Shown here piece after piece: positions 26,576 through 35,910 of a stretch of 64,000 nucleotides of DNA. The stretch is from an uncultured Granulosicoccaceae bacterium (lineage in GTDB: Bacteria > Pseudomonadota > Gammaproteobacteria > Granulosicoccales > Granulosicoccaceae). The stretch spans positions 8,469 to 72,468 of the forward strand of contig CALHNS010000005.1 in NCBI GenBank assembly GCA_938035125.1, given 5' to 3'. The position numbers and the translations under genes were made by a program. Position 1 is the stretch's first letter. Every line of letters starts with the position of its first letter. The notes under the pieces were generated by a model. That model was not told the origin of the DNA, searched no databases, and was given only the letters and a program-made list of their open reading frames with translations.

Positions 26576-27106
26576 TTATAAAAATATTCCCCGAGGGGTT
26601 TGTACTTTCAACAACAAGGTAAACAACGCATAAATAACACTCATAAAGGCAACGGTGACTATGACTCGCCTCCGCCACGACTTTACTGATAAATGAGAGG
26701 CGGGGTCATAGCCGGAATACATAAGAAAAAACACAGCCGTTGAGGCTGCATAAAAACCGAAATACTTTGCAGCAAAAAATACAAACGCTGCCATGAGTAA
26801 AATACCAGGAACAATTCGAAGCCAAACGCGAGCAGCTATTCCTTGGCCCACTTTAGACTTACCCAAAGCTGCGCGCACAAAATTCCACAGTGCCAAAATA
26901 AGCATCACCGAGCTGATTAATCGCGGAAATAAAAATGCATCAGCTGGCTCTTGCGTGTAACTGATATAAGTTACAAACCCTGCTAGCCCTAGTACAAGAA
27001 CAGCCGGTATCAAATAACCCATGCGCGATGCTACTGGCTTTGCATCGGTAGAATTTAATGCATCGTGTGCGCTTGAATCGTCAGTATTCGCTGTTAATTC
27101 ACTCAT
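26576..27106 (-). CDS. tctB: tripartite tricarboxylate transporter small membrane subunit (TctB family)
   Basis: 176 aa with four predicted TM helices. ATGA overlap with the tctA stop (27103-27106). Sits between tctA and tctC. Confidence 0.75.
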   Translation of the reverse strand: MSELTANTDDSSAHDALNSTDAKPVASRMGYLIPAVLVLGLAGFVTYISYTQEPADAFLFPRLISSVMLILALWNFVRAALGKSKVGQGIAARVWLRIVPGILLMAAFVFFAAKYFGFYAASTAVFFLMYSGYDPASHLSVKSWRRRVIVTVAFMSVIYALFTLLLKVQTPRGIFL

Positions 27107-28611
27107 AGGGAGTTTGCCTCTTTTTTAGCACGATTCTCTTTTTGGGTAGAAAAGAAGCTCCACAGGATAGAGGCAATGACCAACGCAATCAGCACCAAAT
27201 TCAATGACCCTGTTAAGAAATACTGGGCGGGGCTACTAATTGCATTGGCGATCAAACTGCCTTGAATAAAATTAGCTTCAGCGATTGGCCCAAGAATCAA
27301 ACCCAACACCAAGGGCGCGGCAGAGAATCCGAATTTCTCTAGGAAATACATACCCACGCCTAACACGAACATAACGTACACATCGCCCATGGACTGCTGC
27401 ACGGAATAGGCTCCAAAAACCGCTAATACCAATACCGCTGATGCCATAATAGCCTTGGGTACTTGTGCTACTTTTGCCGCATAGGCAGCCACTGCAATGC
27501 CAAAGATCACCATAAGAACTTGGCCCACCAACATGGAATTGATAAACGTCCAGATAACCTCAGGATGGTTGTCGAATAAATCCCCACCTGGGAAAATTCC
27601 GTGAATTAACAAACCACCAAGTAACACAGCAGCCGTTGGGCTACCAGGTATAGATAAGGTTAACAACGGAACTAAAGATGGCCCTACCATCGCATTATTT
27701 GCAGACTCTGCAGCAATTACGCCTTGCGGATTACCTTGACCGAAAGACTCAGGGTTTGAGGATAGTTTTTTAGTTTGATCGTAGGCTAATAAACCAGCTA
27801 TCTGCCCACCCACACCGGGAATCAAACCGATAAAGGAACCAACAACCGTTCCTATCGATAACGATTTAATACTGGAAAGCGTCAATGCTAATGAGTCGAT
27901 AAAAGAATGTTTTTCTACTTTTATTGATGCAATGTTTTGTTTTTCTCGACCCGCAGCCAACATATCGATTACTTGTGGGATGGCAAAGATACCAATGAGC
28001 GCAGTAATGATGCTAACGCCACCCGTTAACGCATCGTGGAAGATGAAACGCTGCGCCCCTTGAATGTCGTCGTAACCAATCATAGAAAGCCACAAACCCA
28101 AGCAACCCGACAACAACCCCTTCACAAATGATTTTGAATCTAATGATCCGATAACCGTTACACCCAAAATAGCCATCCAGAATAAATGTGAAGGACCAAA
28201 GGCTAAAGCCCATTTCGCCAATACGGGTGTTAGGAAAATTAACAACAACACACCTATCACACCGCCAATGCCAGAGGATAGAAAGGAGATGTGCAGCGCT
28301 TCAGCGCCTCGACCTTGCTTGGCCATGGCGTTGCCATCTAATGCGGTTGCAATGTTTGCAGGAGCACCGGGTATGCGTAGCAATATGGCGCTAACAGCGC
28401 CTCCTGCCACGGTGGAGGTATAAGCGGCACCTAACAAAATGAGGCCCTGAGTGGGCGCCAACTGGAAAGTAAAAGGAATCAATAACGCCACGGCCATAGT
28501 GGGAGACAAGCCCGGAGTGGCCCCGAGAATCAACCCACCAATGGTTCCACCCAGCAGCAGCAAGAATGAGGTGGGTTCAAAAACCCCACCAAAGTACTGA
28601 AGAAACTCCAT
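27103..28611 (-). CDS. tctA: tripartite tricarboxylate transporter large permease (TctA family)
   Basis: 502 aa, about 12 TM. GTIGGLILGATPGLSPT and other TctA-type blocks. Confidence 0.9.
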   Translation of the reverse strand: MEFLQYFGGVFEPTSFLLLLGGTIGGLILGATPGLSPTMAVALLIPFTFQLAPTQGLILLGAAYTSTVAGGAVSAILLRIPGAPANIATALDGNAMAKQGRGAEALHISFLSSGIGGVIGVLLLIFLTPVLAKWALAFGPSHLFWMAILGVTVIGSLDSKSFVKGLLSGCLGLWLSMIGYDDIQGAQRFIFHDALTGGVSIITALIGIFAIPQVIDMLAAGREKQNIASIKVEKHSFIDSLALTLSSIKSLSIGTVVGSFIGLIPGVGGQIAGLLAYDQTKKLSSNPESFGQGNPQGVIAAESANNAMVGPSLVPLLTLSIPGSPTAAVLLGGLLIHGIFPGGDLFDNHPEVIWTFINSMLVGQVLMVIFGIAVAAYAAKVAQVPKAIMASAVLVLAVFGAYSVQQSMGDVYVMFVLGVGMYFLEKFGFSAAPLVLGLILGPIAEANFIQGSLIANAISSPAQYFLTGSLNLVLIALVIASILWSFFSTQKENRAKKEANSL

Positions 28612-28664
28612 AACTAAACTCAGAACTGATTATTGATTTCCACACTACCTGATGAAAATAAACT

Positions 28665-28678
28665 TGTAAACGTTTACA
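28665..28678. promoter_or_regulatory. LacI-family operator candidate: perfect 14-bp palindrome TGTAAACGTTTACA
   Basis: Read directly; central CG. Lies in the 88-bp divergent spacer between tctA (ATG at 28611) and the LacI-family gene (ATG at 28700). Matches the generic LacI/GalR operator shape TGnAAnCGnTTnCA. Confidence 0.7.
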
Positions 28679-28699
28679 TTGTGTGCGAAGTTCTAAGCC

Positions 28700-29773
28700 A
28701 TGGAAGATACCTTGTTGGAACAAAAACCCATGCGAACGGGCGTGCGCCGAAGTCGAAAGGGCGCACCTGGGCTATTAGATGTGGCAGCTAGGGTTGGCGT
28801 TTCTGGAGCAACCGTGTCGCGCTGTTATAACCATCCTGATAGTGTTCAGCCCAAAACGCGAAAAATGATCTTGGATGCAGCAGCCGAACTGGGCTACATT
28901 CGCGACCGCGCTGCCGGCACTTTGCACGGGCAACGTAGCGGCACAGTAGGGCTTGTCGTACCCACCATCGACAACGCCATTTTCGCAGAACTTATTCAGG
29001 CATTTTCCAGCCAACTGCAACAGCACGACACCACCATGCTGATCGCAAGCCACGATTACGATTTAGACCAAGAAGTGAGCATCATTCGTTCTCTTCTAGA
29101 GCGTCGTATTGACGCCATCGCCCTAGTGGGGCGTGATCATTCTGACGTTGCGCTGGAAATGCTGCGCTTAAGAGACATCCCGGTTATCACCATTTGGAAT
29201 ACAAGCAATAATCTGGAACTGCCAAGCATTGGCACTGATAACAAGGTGGCCGCAAGCCAAGTCACTCAACATATCATTGATTTAGGGCACACTGATATTG
29301 CGCTTATGTTTCCAGACACTGCAAAAAATGATCGTGCTCGCGATCGTAAAGAAGGTGCTCTAGAAACCTTGCAAGCCAACGGCTTGGAATTACCTGAACG
29401 TTGGGATGTGCACTGTTCTTACGACACACTAGAAGCAAAACTTGCAGCTGTTCATCTTTTAAAAGGTCGAAGAGAATCGCCCAGCGCTATTGTGTGCGGT
29501 AACGACATCATCGCCTACGGCGCTTTATACACAACGCAACATTTAGGGCTTCGTGTGCCCGACGATGTATCCATTGTAGGCATTGGAGATTTTAGCCATT
29601 CCTCTGCCATCGAACCTTCTTTAACCACAGTGCGTTTGCCTGCAAGACGTATCGGTCAAATCGCTGCAAAAAGATTAGTATTGCAATTGCTTAATCAAGA
29701 ACAACCGTTTGAGCAACACACGGTAATACCAACAGAATTAATTGTAAGAGCATCTAGTGGCTATGTTCCTTAG
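28700..29773 (+). CDS. LacI family transcriptional regulator
   Basis: 357 aa. HTH LLDVAARVGVSGATVSRCYN, periplasmic-binding-protein-like effector domain. An alternative Met at 28730 is possible. Confidence 0.9.
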   Translation: MEDTLLEQKPMRTGVRRSRKGAPGLLDVAARVGVSGATVSRCYNHPDSVQPKTRKMILDAAAELGYIRDRAAGTLHGQRSGTVGLVVPTIDNAIFAELIQAFSSQLQQHDTTMLIASHDYDLDQEVSIIRSLLERRIDAIALVGRDHSDVALEMLRLRDIPVITIWNTSNNLELPSIGTDNKVAASQVTQHIIDLGHTDIALMFPDTAKNDRARDRKEGALETLQANGLELPERWDVHCSYDTLEAKLAAVHLLKGRRESPSAIVCGNDIIAYGALYTTQHLGLRVPDDVSIVGIGDFSHSSAIEPSLTTVRLPARRIGQIAAKRLVLQLLNQEQPFEQHTVIPTELIVRASSGYVP

Positions 29774-29859
29774 CCCAACATAGCGCTTTAATTTTCAGTG
29801 AACGATGGACTACTGCACTGAACGTGTAAAACATTAACCACCCATTTGAGATTTTCCAA

Positions 29860-30693
29860 ATGCCTAAGATTCTCAGCAAAGAAAAAATTGAGCAATACCA
29901 CGAAACGGGTTTCATCTCCCCGATAGATGTTATGTCTGAAGAGGAAGCCGGTAACTACAAGAAAAAGTTGGAAGCTGCTGAACGGGATCATCCTGAGCAC
30001 ATACACGCTGAAAACAGAAATAACGCACACTTAAGTTTTAAATTTTTAGATGATCTAGCCTTTCACCCCATTATTTTAGATGTGGTTGAAGATCTTTTAG
30101 GGCCTAGCTTTTCTTTATGGGCAAGCGTTCTGTTTATCAAAGAAGCCAAATCAAAAGGGTTTGTCAGCTGGCATCAGGACGCCACTTACATGGGCATGAG
30201 CAAAAACACTTTCTTATCGCCGTGGATAGCCTTATCACCCAGTAATTTAGACACAGGCTGCATGAGCATGATTCCTGGAAGCCACAAACAACATATTGTT
30301 GATCATGAAGACACTTTCGGTGCAGACAACATTTTAACGCGTGGCCAGAGGGTTAACGATGTGGATGAATCTAAGGCTGAACATTTGATTCTAAAGCCTG
30401 GGCAAATGTCGGTTCATCACTGCGAGGTTATTCATGGCTCTCAACCTAATTTAAGTGATACGCGCCGAATCGGATTTGCCCTGCAATCGTATATGCAAAA
30501 TGATGTTATCCAGCAGATAGGTCAAAACCAATGGATGCATTGTAGAGGCGAACGTCGTAACACACCCGATCACCGAGAACTACGCCGACCTAAGTTCGAC
30601 CTTGACCCTGATGCGATGGCCGATCGAGAAGCTGCAAGCGCTAACTACGCCGATATTTTGTACAACGGCGCCGCCCAAAAAAGAGCCTATTAA
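29860..30693 (+). CDS. phytanoyl-CoA dioxygenase (PhyH) family Fe(II)/2-oxoglutarate dioxygenase
   Basis: 277 aa. Facial-triad region SWHQDATYMG and the distal His in HHCEVIHGSQPN. Confidence 0.85.
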   Translation: MPKILSKEKIEQYHETGFISPIDVMSEEEAGNYKKKLEAAERDHPEHIHAENRNNAHLSFKFLDDLAFHPIILDVVEDLLGPSFSLWASVLFIKEAKSKGFVSWHQDATYMGMSKNTFLSPWIALSPSNLDTGCMSMIPGSHKQHIVDHEDTFGADNILTRGQRVNDVDESKAEHLILKPGQMSVHHCEVIHGSQPNLSDTRRIGFALQSYMQNDVIQQIGQNQWMHCRGERRNTPDHRELRRPKFDLDPDAMADREAASANYADILYNGAAQKRAY

Positions 30694-30696
30694 CCT

Positions 30697-31878
30697 GTGG
30701 CTATAAAAACCCCTTTTTCACAAGCTGAATACGATCGCCGCATAGCATTGACTAGGCAGGCAATGAGTAAACACGGCTTAGACGCCTTAATTGTCACCGA
30801 CCCTTCCAACCAAGCCTGGCTAACCGGGTACGACGGTTGGTCGTTCTATGTTCATCAAGCTGTCATCCTACGTTTAGATGCCGACCCTGTGTGGTGGGGT
30901 CGCATGCAAGACACCGCTGGTGCGGTTCGAACCGTATGGATGAAGACTGATTCTGTCATAGGTTATCCCGATCATTTTGTGCAATCCACACAATGCCACC
31001 CTATGGAACACTTAGGCAGTACATTGAAAGCGCTAGGCATTAATACAGCGAACATCGGCGTCGAAATGGACAACTACTATTATTCAGCGAAAGCGCACGC
31101 TGTATTAATCGATGCAGCAAAATCCTCAACGCTTCATGACGCTACCGCTTTAGTGAATTGGTGCCGAGCTGTGAAATCTGATGAAGAACTGATCTTCATG
31201 AAACGAGCGGCGAAAATTTCAGAGCGCATGATGACACTGGCGATTGATCGTGCAGAACCTGGTTTGCGAAAAAATGAATTAGTGGGCGATATCCAACAAG
31301 CAGGCACCTACGGGGTTGATGAACATTGGGGCGACTACGCCGCCATAGTGCCATTAACGCCTTCTGGTAAAGACGCCACGGCACCGCACTTAACGTGGGA
31401 CGGTGAACCGATGAAATCAGGTGAAGCCACATTCTTTGAACTATCAGGTTGCTACCGCCGATACCATGCCCCCCTTTGTCGCACCGTTTATTTAGGCAAA
31501 CCACCCCAATCGATGGTGGATACATCCAACGCGCTTACAGAAGGATTAGAAGCAGGATTACAGGCTGCTGTGGCAGGTAATAGAACGTGTGATATTGCCA
31601 ACGCCTTACATCAAGAACTGAGCCGCGCAGGCATCGAAAGAAGCAATCGATGCGGCTACCCTATCGGCTTGTCTTACCCACCCGATTGGGGGGAACGCAC
31701 CATGTCTTTGCGCGATATCGACACCACCGTATTGCAACCTGGCATGACGTTTCACTTTATGCCGGGGCTATGGATGGACGAATGGGGCCTTGAAACGACA
31801 GAAACCATTTTGATAAAACCAACTGGGCCTGCGGAGACCTTATGTGACTTTCCACGCAAGCTGTTTATAAAGCATTAA
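30697..31878 (+). CDS. M24-fold hydrolase with creatinase-type N-domain; ectoine hydrolase (DoeA/EutD)-like
   Basis: 393 aa, GTG start 4 nt after the PhyH stop. WLTGYDGWSFYVHQ, GVEMDNYYYSA, APHLTWDG, GYPIGLSYPPDWGERTMSLR and FHFMPGLWMDEWGLE resemble DoeA/EutD blocks as I remember them. Creatinase or Xaa-Pro peptidase remain alternatives. Confidence 0.75.
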   Translation: MAIKTPFSQAEYDRRIALTRQAMSKHGLDALIVTDPSNQAWLTGYDGWSFYVHQAVILRLDADPVWWGRMQDTAGAVRTVWMKTDSVIGYPDHFVQSTQCHPMEHLGSTLKALGINTANIGVEMDNYYYSAKAHAVLIDAAKSSTLHDATALVNWCRAVKSDEELIFMKRAAKISERMMTLAIDRAEPGLRKNELVGDIQQAGTYGVDEHWGDYAAIVPLTPSGKDATAPHLTWDGEPMKSGEATFFELSGCYRRYHAPLCRTVYLGKPPQSMVDTSNALTEGLEAGLQAAVAGNRTCDIANALHQELSRAGIERSNRCGYPIGLSYPPDWGERTMSLRDIDTTVLQPGMTFHFMPGLWMDEWGLETTETILIKPTGPAETLCDFPRKLFIKH

Positions 31879-31917
31879 CGTAGAGTATATTGTGATTAAC
31901 CATTATCTGAGAACACC

Positions 31918-33075
31918 GTGAGCTTGCTGGACGACACCAAAGAGATACTCAAAGAGCTCATTGCTTTTCCAACCGTATCCACTGATCCCAATATTGAATT
32001 AATCGAATGGATCGGCGATAGATTGAGAAACTTAGGTGCTGAGGTGGATATCTTCAAAGATCCTAGTGGCAACAAAGCAAATCTATTTGCCACCTTGGGG
32101 CCAGCGATTAGTGGCGGCATTGTTTTATCTGGCCATTCCGATGTGGTGCCTGTTGCCGATCAAGACTGGGCCACCGATCCCTTTGAAATGGTGGAAAGCG
32201 ATGGAAAACTTTACGGCCGTGGCACCTGCGATATGAAAGGGTTCATTGCCGCAACGCTTGCCATGGCTCCACAATTCGCACAGCTCGAATTAAAACGTCC
32301 AATACATTTCGCCTTTACTCATGATGAAGAAACGGGGTGCATAGGCGGCAGACAGCTTGTGAAAGATTTAGAAAAAAAGACGCTCAAGCCTAGCATCGCC
32401 ATCATTGGCGAACCCACCGATATGCGGGTAATTGAAGGCCACAAAGGCTGTTTTGAATACACCACTCACTTCACAGGCTTAGAAGGCCACGGCTCGGCAC
32501 CAGAACAAGGTGTGAACGCCGTTGAATACGCTACCCGTTACGTATCAAAACTTCTTGAGCTTCGAGAGCAATTAAAGCAGCGAACGCCTGAGTCCAGTAA
32601 TTTTGAGCCGCCCGAAACCACCATTAACATTGGGGCATTACACGGCGGTGTTGCCCCCAATGTAATCGCAGGCAAAGCCCACATCGATTGGGAAATGCGC
32701 CCAGTGCAGGAAAGTGATGGAGAATTTGTCAAAACCCAGTTAAACACGTATGTTAATGAAGACTTGTTGCCTGCAATGAAGGCGGTTCATCCAAAATCCA
32801 GCATAAGCACACACTGCCACGGCGAGGTGCTTGGCTTAGAGCCAATGGAAGAGAACGCCGCGCGCGATTTAATGCAAGAACTTACCGGTGCGAACGGCAC
32901 CGATCTGGTTTCATTTGGCACAGAAGCGGGGTTATTTCAATCCCTGAATATGGATGTGGTGGTATGTGGGCCGGGCTCGATTGTTCAAGCCCATAAACCC
33001 GATGAATATTTAGCCATTGATCAGCTTGAGCAATGCTTGCAGTTACTGATTAAACTTAAATCTCGCTTGGTGTAA
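31918..33075 (+). CDS. M20 family deacylase, acetylornithine deacetylase (ArgE)-like
   Basis: 385 aa, GTG start. LSGHSDVVPV, DGKLYGRGTCDMKG and HDEETG metal-ligand blocks typical of ArgE/DapE-type M20 enzymes. Confidence 0.85.
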   Translation: MSLLDDTKEILKELIAFPTVSTDPNIELIEWIGDRLRNLGAEVDIFKDPSGNKANLFATLGPAISGGIVLSGHSDVVPVADQDWATDPFEMVESDGKLYGRGTCDMKGFIAATLAMAPQFAQLELKRPIHFAFTHDEETGCIGGRQLVKDLEKKTLKPSIAIIGEPTDMRVIEGHKGCFEYTTHFTGLEGHGSAPEQGVNAVEYATRYVSKLLELREQLKQRTPESSNFEPPETTINIGALHGGVAPNVIAGKAHIDWEMRPVQESDGEFVKTQLNTYVNEDLLPAMKAVHPKSSISTHCHGEVLGLEPMEENAARDLMQELTGANGTDLVSFGTEAGLFQSLNMDVVVCGPGSIVQAHKPDEYLAIDQLEQCLQLLIKLKSRLV

Positions 33076-33082
33076 TCGTTAT

Positions 33083-33970
33083 ATGACAACCACTCAACAA
33101 CGTCCCATTCTCAGTAACGAAGGCTTATCTCCTGCGCACGGTGTTCGCGCAGTTAATGAATTCAATGAGGCTGTTGATGTACACATTCCCGGTGAAATTC
33201 CATTAACACTGCGTGTTGATGGAATGGAAGTGGTTACCTTAATGACTTTAGGCACTGAGCCAGAAGCCTTAGCACTGGGTTATATACATAACCAAAAACT
33301 GATTGAAAACATCGATGAAATAAAATCTGTACAGGTAGACTGGGATCGAGAGCTGGTCGATGTTATTACACACGCAGCAACTGGCATCGCTGATTGGCAA
33401 GAGAAAATGAAGCGTCGTATCGTTACCAGCGGTTGCGGTCAAGGCACTATTTTTAGCTGCACAGTTGATAAATTATATGAGGTGCAACTCAGCCCAACGA
33501 AACTAAAACAATCCAACATTTATGCACTGATAAAAAATGTAGGCCAATTGAACGAAGTATACCGAGTGTCGGGTGCTGTGCACGGATGCGGCTTGTGCAC
33601 AGGCACAGAATCACTCATGCACATTGAAGATGTTGGTCGCCACAACGCAGCCGATGCGATTGCAGGACGCATGTGGCTAGATAAAATTAATGGTGGCGAC
33701 AAAATTTTCTACACCACAGGGCGCTTAACCTCAGAAATTGTTATGAAAACAGCGTTTATGGGCATTCCAACGCTCTTATCCAGAAGCGGTGTAACTCAGA
33801 TGGGGCTAGAGTTAGCTCAAGAAATCGGAATGACCATGATTGCCAGAGCAAAGGGGCGGCATTTTTTGGTATACAACGGATCAGAACATGTTGAATTTGA
33901 TGCCATACCAGAAAAGCGAAACTTACCACCGCCAACCAAAGGCATGCGCGATATCCGAACGGATAGCTAA
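33083..33970 (+). CDS. fdhD: FdhD-family sulfurtransferase (formate dehydrogenase accessory protein)
   Basis: 295 aa. EDVGRHNAADAIAG and GRLTSEIVMKTAFMGIPTLLSRSG are FdhD hallmarks. Starts 8 nt after the M20 gene. Confidence 0.85.
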   Translation: MTTTQQRPILSNEGLSPAHGVRAVNEFNEAVDVHIPGEIPLTLRVDGMEVVTLMTLGTEPEALALGYIHNQKLIENIDEIKSVQVDWDRELVDVITHAATGIADWQEKMKRRIVTSGCGQGTIFSCTVDKLYEVQLSPTKLKQSNIYALIKNVGQLNEVYRVSGAVHGCGLCTGTESLMHIEDVGRHNAADAIAGRMWLDKINGGDKIFYTTGRLTSEIVMKTAFMGIPTLLSRSGVTQMGLELAQEIGMTMIARAKGRHFLVYNGSEHVEFDAIPEKRNLPPPTKGMRDIRTDS

Positions 33971-34010
33971 AACATGCCTGCCGTTTCGCCTAAGGTTACC
34001 TAACTGCAAG

Positions 34011-34865
34011 CTACCCTAACGACAAATTATTTAACCATTCCAATACATCGGCCGTTACGAGGCTTCGTGTTTCGGGTAACTCGTTAAGTATTTCATGATA
34101 AGCACCCTCATAAGTTTTCGCAGTGACTGAATCTTTAGGTGCACGCTTAACCCATTTATTAATAGCCTGGTTATCAACAACAGGATCGGCCCCAGCAATT
34201 AACACCAAAGTGGGTGTATTCAATCGATGTACTTGCGCTATTGATTCAGCCCCTGAATCCAGCATATACCGAATCATTCGTGCAGATCGAAACCCGTGAA
34301 TAAGTTTATCTTGCCGCCCCTGCTGCTGTATGGATTCATCACGAGTTAACAGTTCGGGCCGATAGGAAAGCTCAACAACCTTATCCGGTGCAACCGCGTG
34401 CAACGCCTCAACCTTTAATCGATTGATGGTGGATAGATATGGCTTGAATGCAGGTGCTGATAACATTAACCCAGAAACCGGCAAGTGGTGCGTTAACACC
34501 AATTCTGAAGCCACAACACCACCCAAACTGTGACCAAACAAAATTGGCGCAGCGCCAGTTTCATTAGCAAAGGCTTGAACCTGCATGGCAGCCTGTGTGG
34601 CTAACAGCCCTGCTGGAAATACCGAGCCCCGTTTGCCACCAGATTGACCATGCCCAGGGTGATCGTGTGCGCCCACCGCCCAACCGGATCGAGCTAAAGC
34701 ATTCGCAAATTGTTCGTATCGCCCACTGTGTTCACCAGTACCGTGCAGTAAATACACACCACACGGCTTGGGCGTATCGTGCGCACCACGAACGGGTTTC
34801 CAGCGGCGCGTGAAAACTGATTTCGGCTTTTCAGTACTCAAGAGACTTGCGTTCCTCGTAACCAA
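34011..34865 (-). CDS. alpha/beta hydrolase (lysophospholipase / monoacylglycerol lipase-like)
   Basis: 284 aa. HGTGEHSGRY and nucleophile elbow GHSLGG. TTG start at 34865; an alternative TTG at 34841 overlaps the upstream stop as TTGA. Confidence 0.8.
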   Translation of the reverse strand: MVTRNASLLSTEKPKSVFTRRWKPVRGAHDTPKPCGVYLLHGTGEHSGRYEQFANALARSGWAVGAHDHPGHGQSGGKRGSVFPAGLLATQAAMQVQAFANETGAAPILFGHSLGGVVASELVLTHHLPVSGLMLSAPAFKPYLSTINRLKVEALHAVAPDKVVELSYRPELLTRDESIQQQGRQDKLIHGFRSARMIRYMLDSGAESIAQVHRLNTPTLVLIAGADPVVDNQAINKWVKRAPKDSVTAKTYEGAYHEILNELPETRSLVTADVLEWLNNLSLG

Positions 34866-35266
34866 CCGCGCTTTCTTGCACGATGGGTATACACAATCAA
34901 GAAGAAGCCAAAGGCAATAGGACCAAGCACGGTTAGTACAATCATTGCAAAGTTAAGCATTCCTAAAGCGCCTGCGACCATAGTTTGCAACACCGCAAAC
35001 AACGCCCCTAAAAAAGAGAAGAAAAACAGCGGACCACTGATTCGGTGCCGCAAACATAAGGCAACCCCACCTAACAAACCTGAAATGGACGCCACGGCAA
35101 AGGCCAAAGTTGCCCAAAGAGGCCTGGATGCTACTAGCGTTCGGAACGGTTCAGGCATATTCGCTACCCCAGCTGAACTCATTTGCATAACCAAATTCAT
35201 CACCGACATGCCGTGCCATAAAATAGCAATAGCCCCAACCAACCAAATACTCCAATGCACTTTCAT
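34838..35266 (-). CDS. hypothetical integral membrane protein
   Basis: ORF track gives 34838..35341. I prefer the ATG at 35266 (MKVHWSIWLVG...), which is preceded by an AGGTG-like Shine-Dalgarno. About four hydrophobic helices; no family recognised. Confidence 0.5.
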   Translation of the reverse strand: MKVHWSIWLVGAIAILWHGMSVMNLVMQMSSAGVANMPEPFRTLVASRPLWATLAFAVASISGLLGGVALCLRHRISGPLFFFSFLGALFAVLQTMVAGALGMLNFAMIVLTVLGPIAFGFFLIVYTHRARKRGWLRGTQVS

Positions 35267-35371
35267 TGTCACACCTACCAACAGAATCCATCGCTTTATT
35301 ACCCCGCATGATACATGGCTAACGGTTATGCTATGAATCATTTAAGCAACCCAGAATAATAGAGATTCTAT

Positions 35372-35860
35372 ATGACGTTAAGAACAGGCGATTCCGTACC
35401 TTCTGCCACTCTAACGCTTGTGGGCAACAACGGCCCTGCCGCCATAAGCACAGAAGAATTTTTCAACAACAAAACCGTGGTACTTTTCGGTGTTCCCGGT
35501 GCTTTTACACCCACATGCAGTGAAAAACATTTGCCTGGCTATATCCAAAGGGCCTCAGAACTGCAAGCAGCAGGTGCCGATGCTATTGCCTGTATTACGG
35601 TTAACGATCCTTTTGTGGTGGCCGCATGGGCAGATGCTCAATCTGCCGAAGGTATAGCCATGCTTGCCGATGGCAATGCCGATTTTGTTACAGCGCTGGG
35701 CATGAACATAGACATGAGCGAAAAAGGTTTTGGCATGCGTAGCGCACGGTTCGCATTGATCGCTGAAAACGGTGTTATCACTTATTTGGCGAAAGAGTCA
35801 GAAACCAAGGATCACGACGTATCAGCGGCAAGTACCTTATTGGAACAACTTAGCAAATAA
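35372..35860 (+). CDS. peroxiredoxin, Prx5 subfamily
   Basis: 162 aa. VLFGVPGAFTPTCSEKHLPGY peroxidatic Cys motif. Confidence 0.9.
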   Translation: MTLRTGDSVPSATLTLVGNNGPAAISTEEFFNNKTVVLFGVPGAFTPTCSEKHLPGYIQRASELQAAGADAIACITVNDPFVVAAWADAQSAEGIAMLADGNADFVTALGMNIDMSEKGFGMRSARFALIAENGVITYLAKESETKDHDVSAASTLLEQLSK

Positions 35861-35910
35861 AATGACAAACTAATACGATAAATAATTCGTAAACATTACT
35901 AAGTAGGCGT

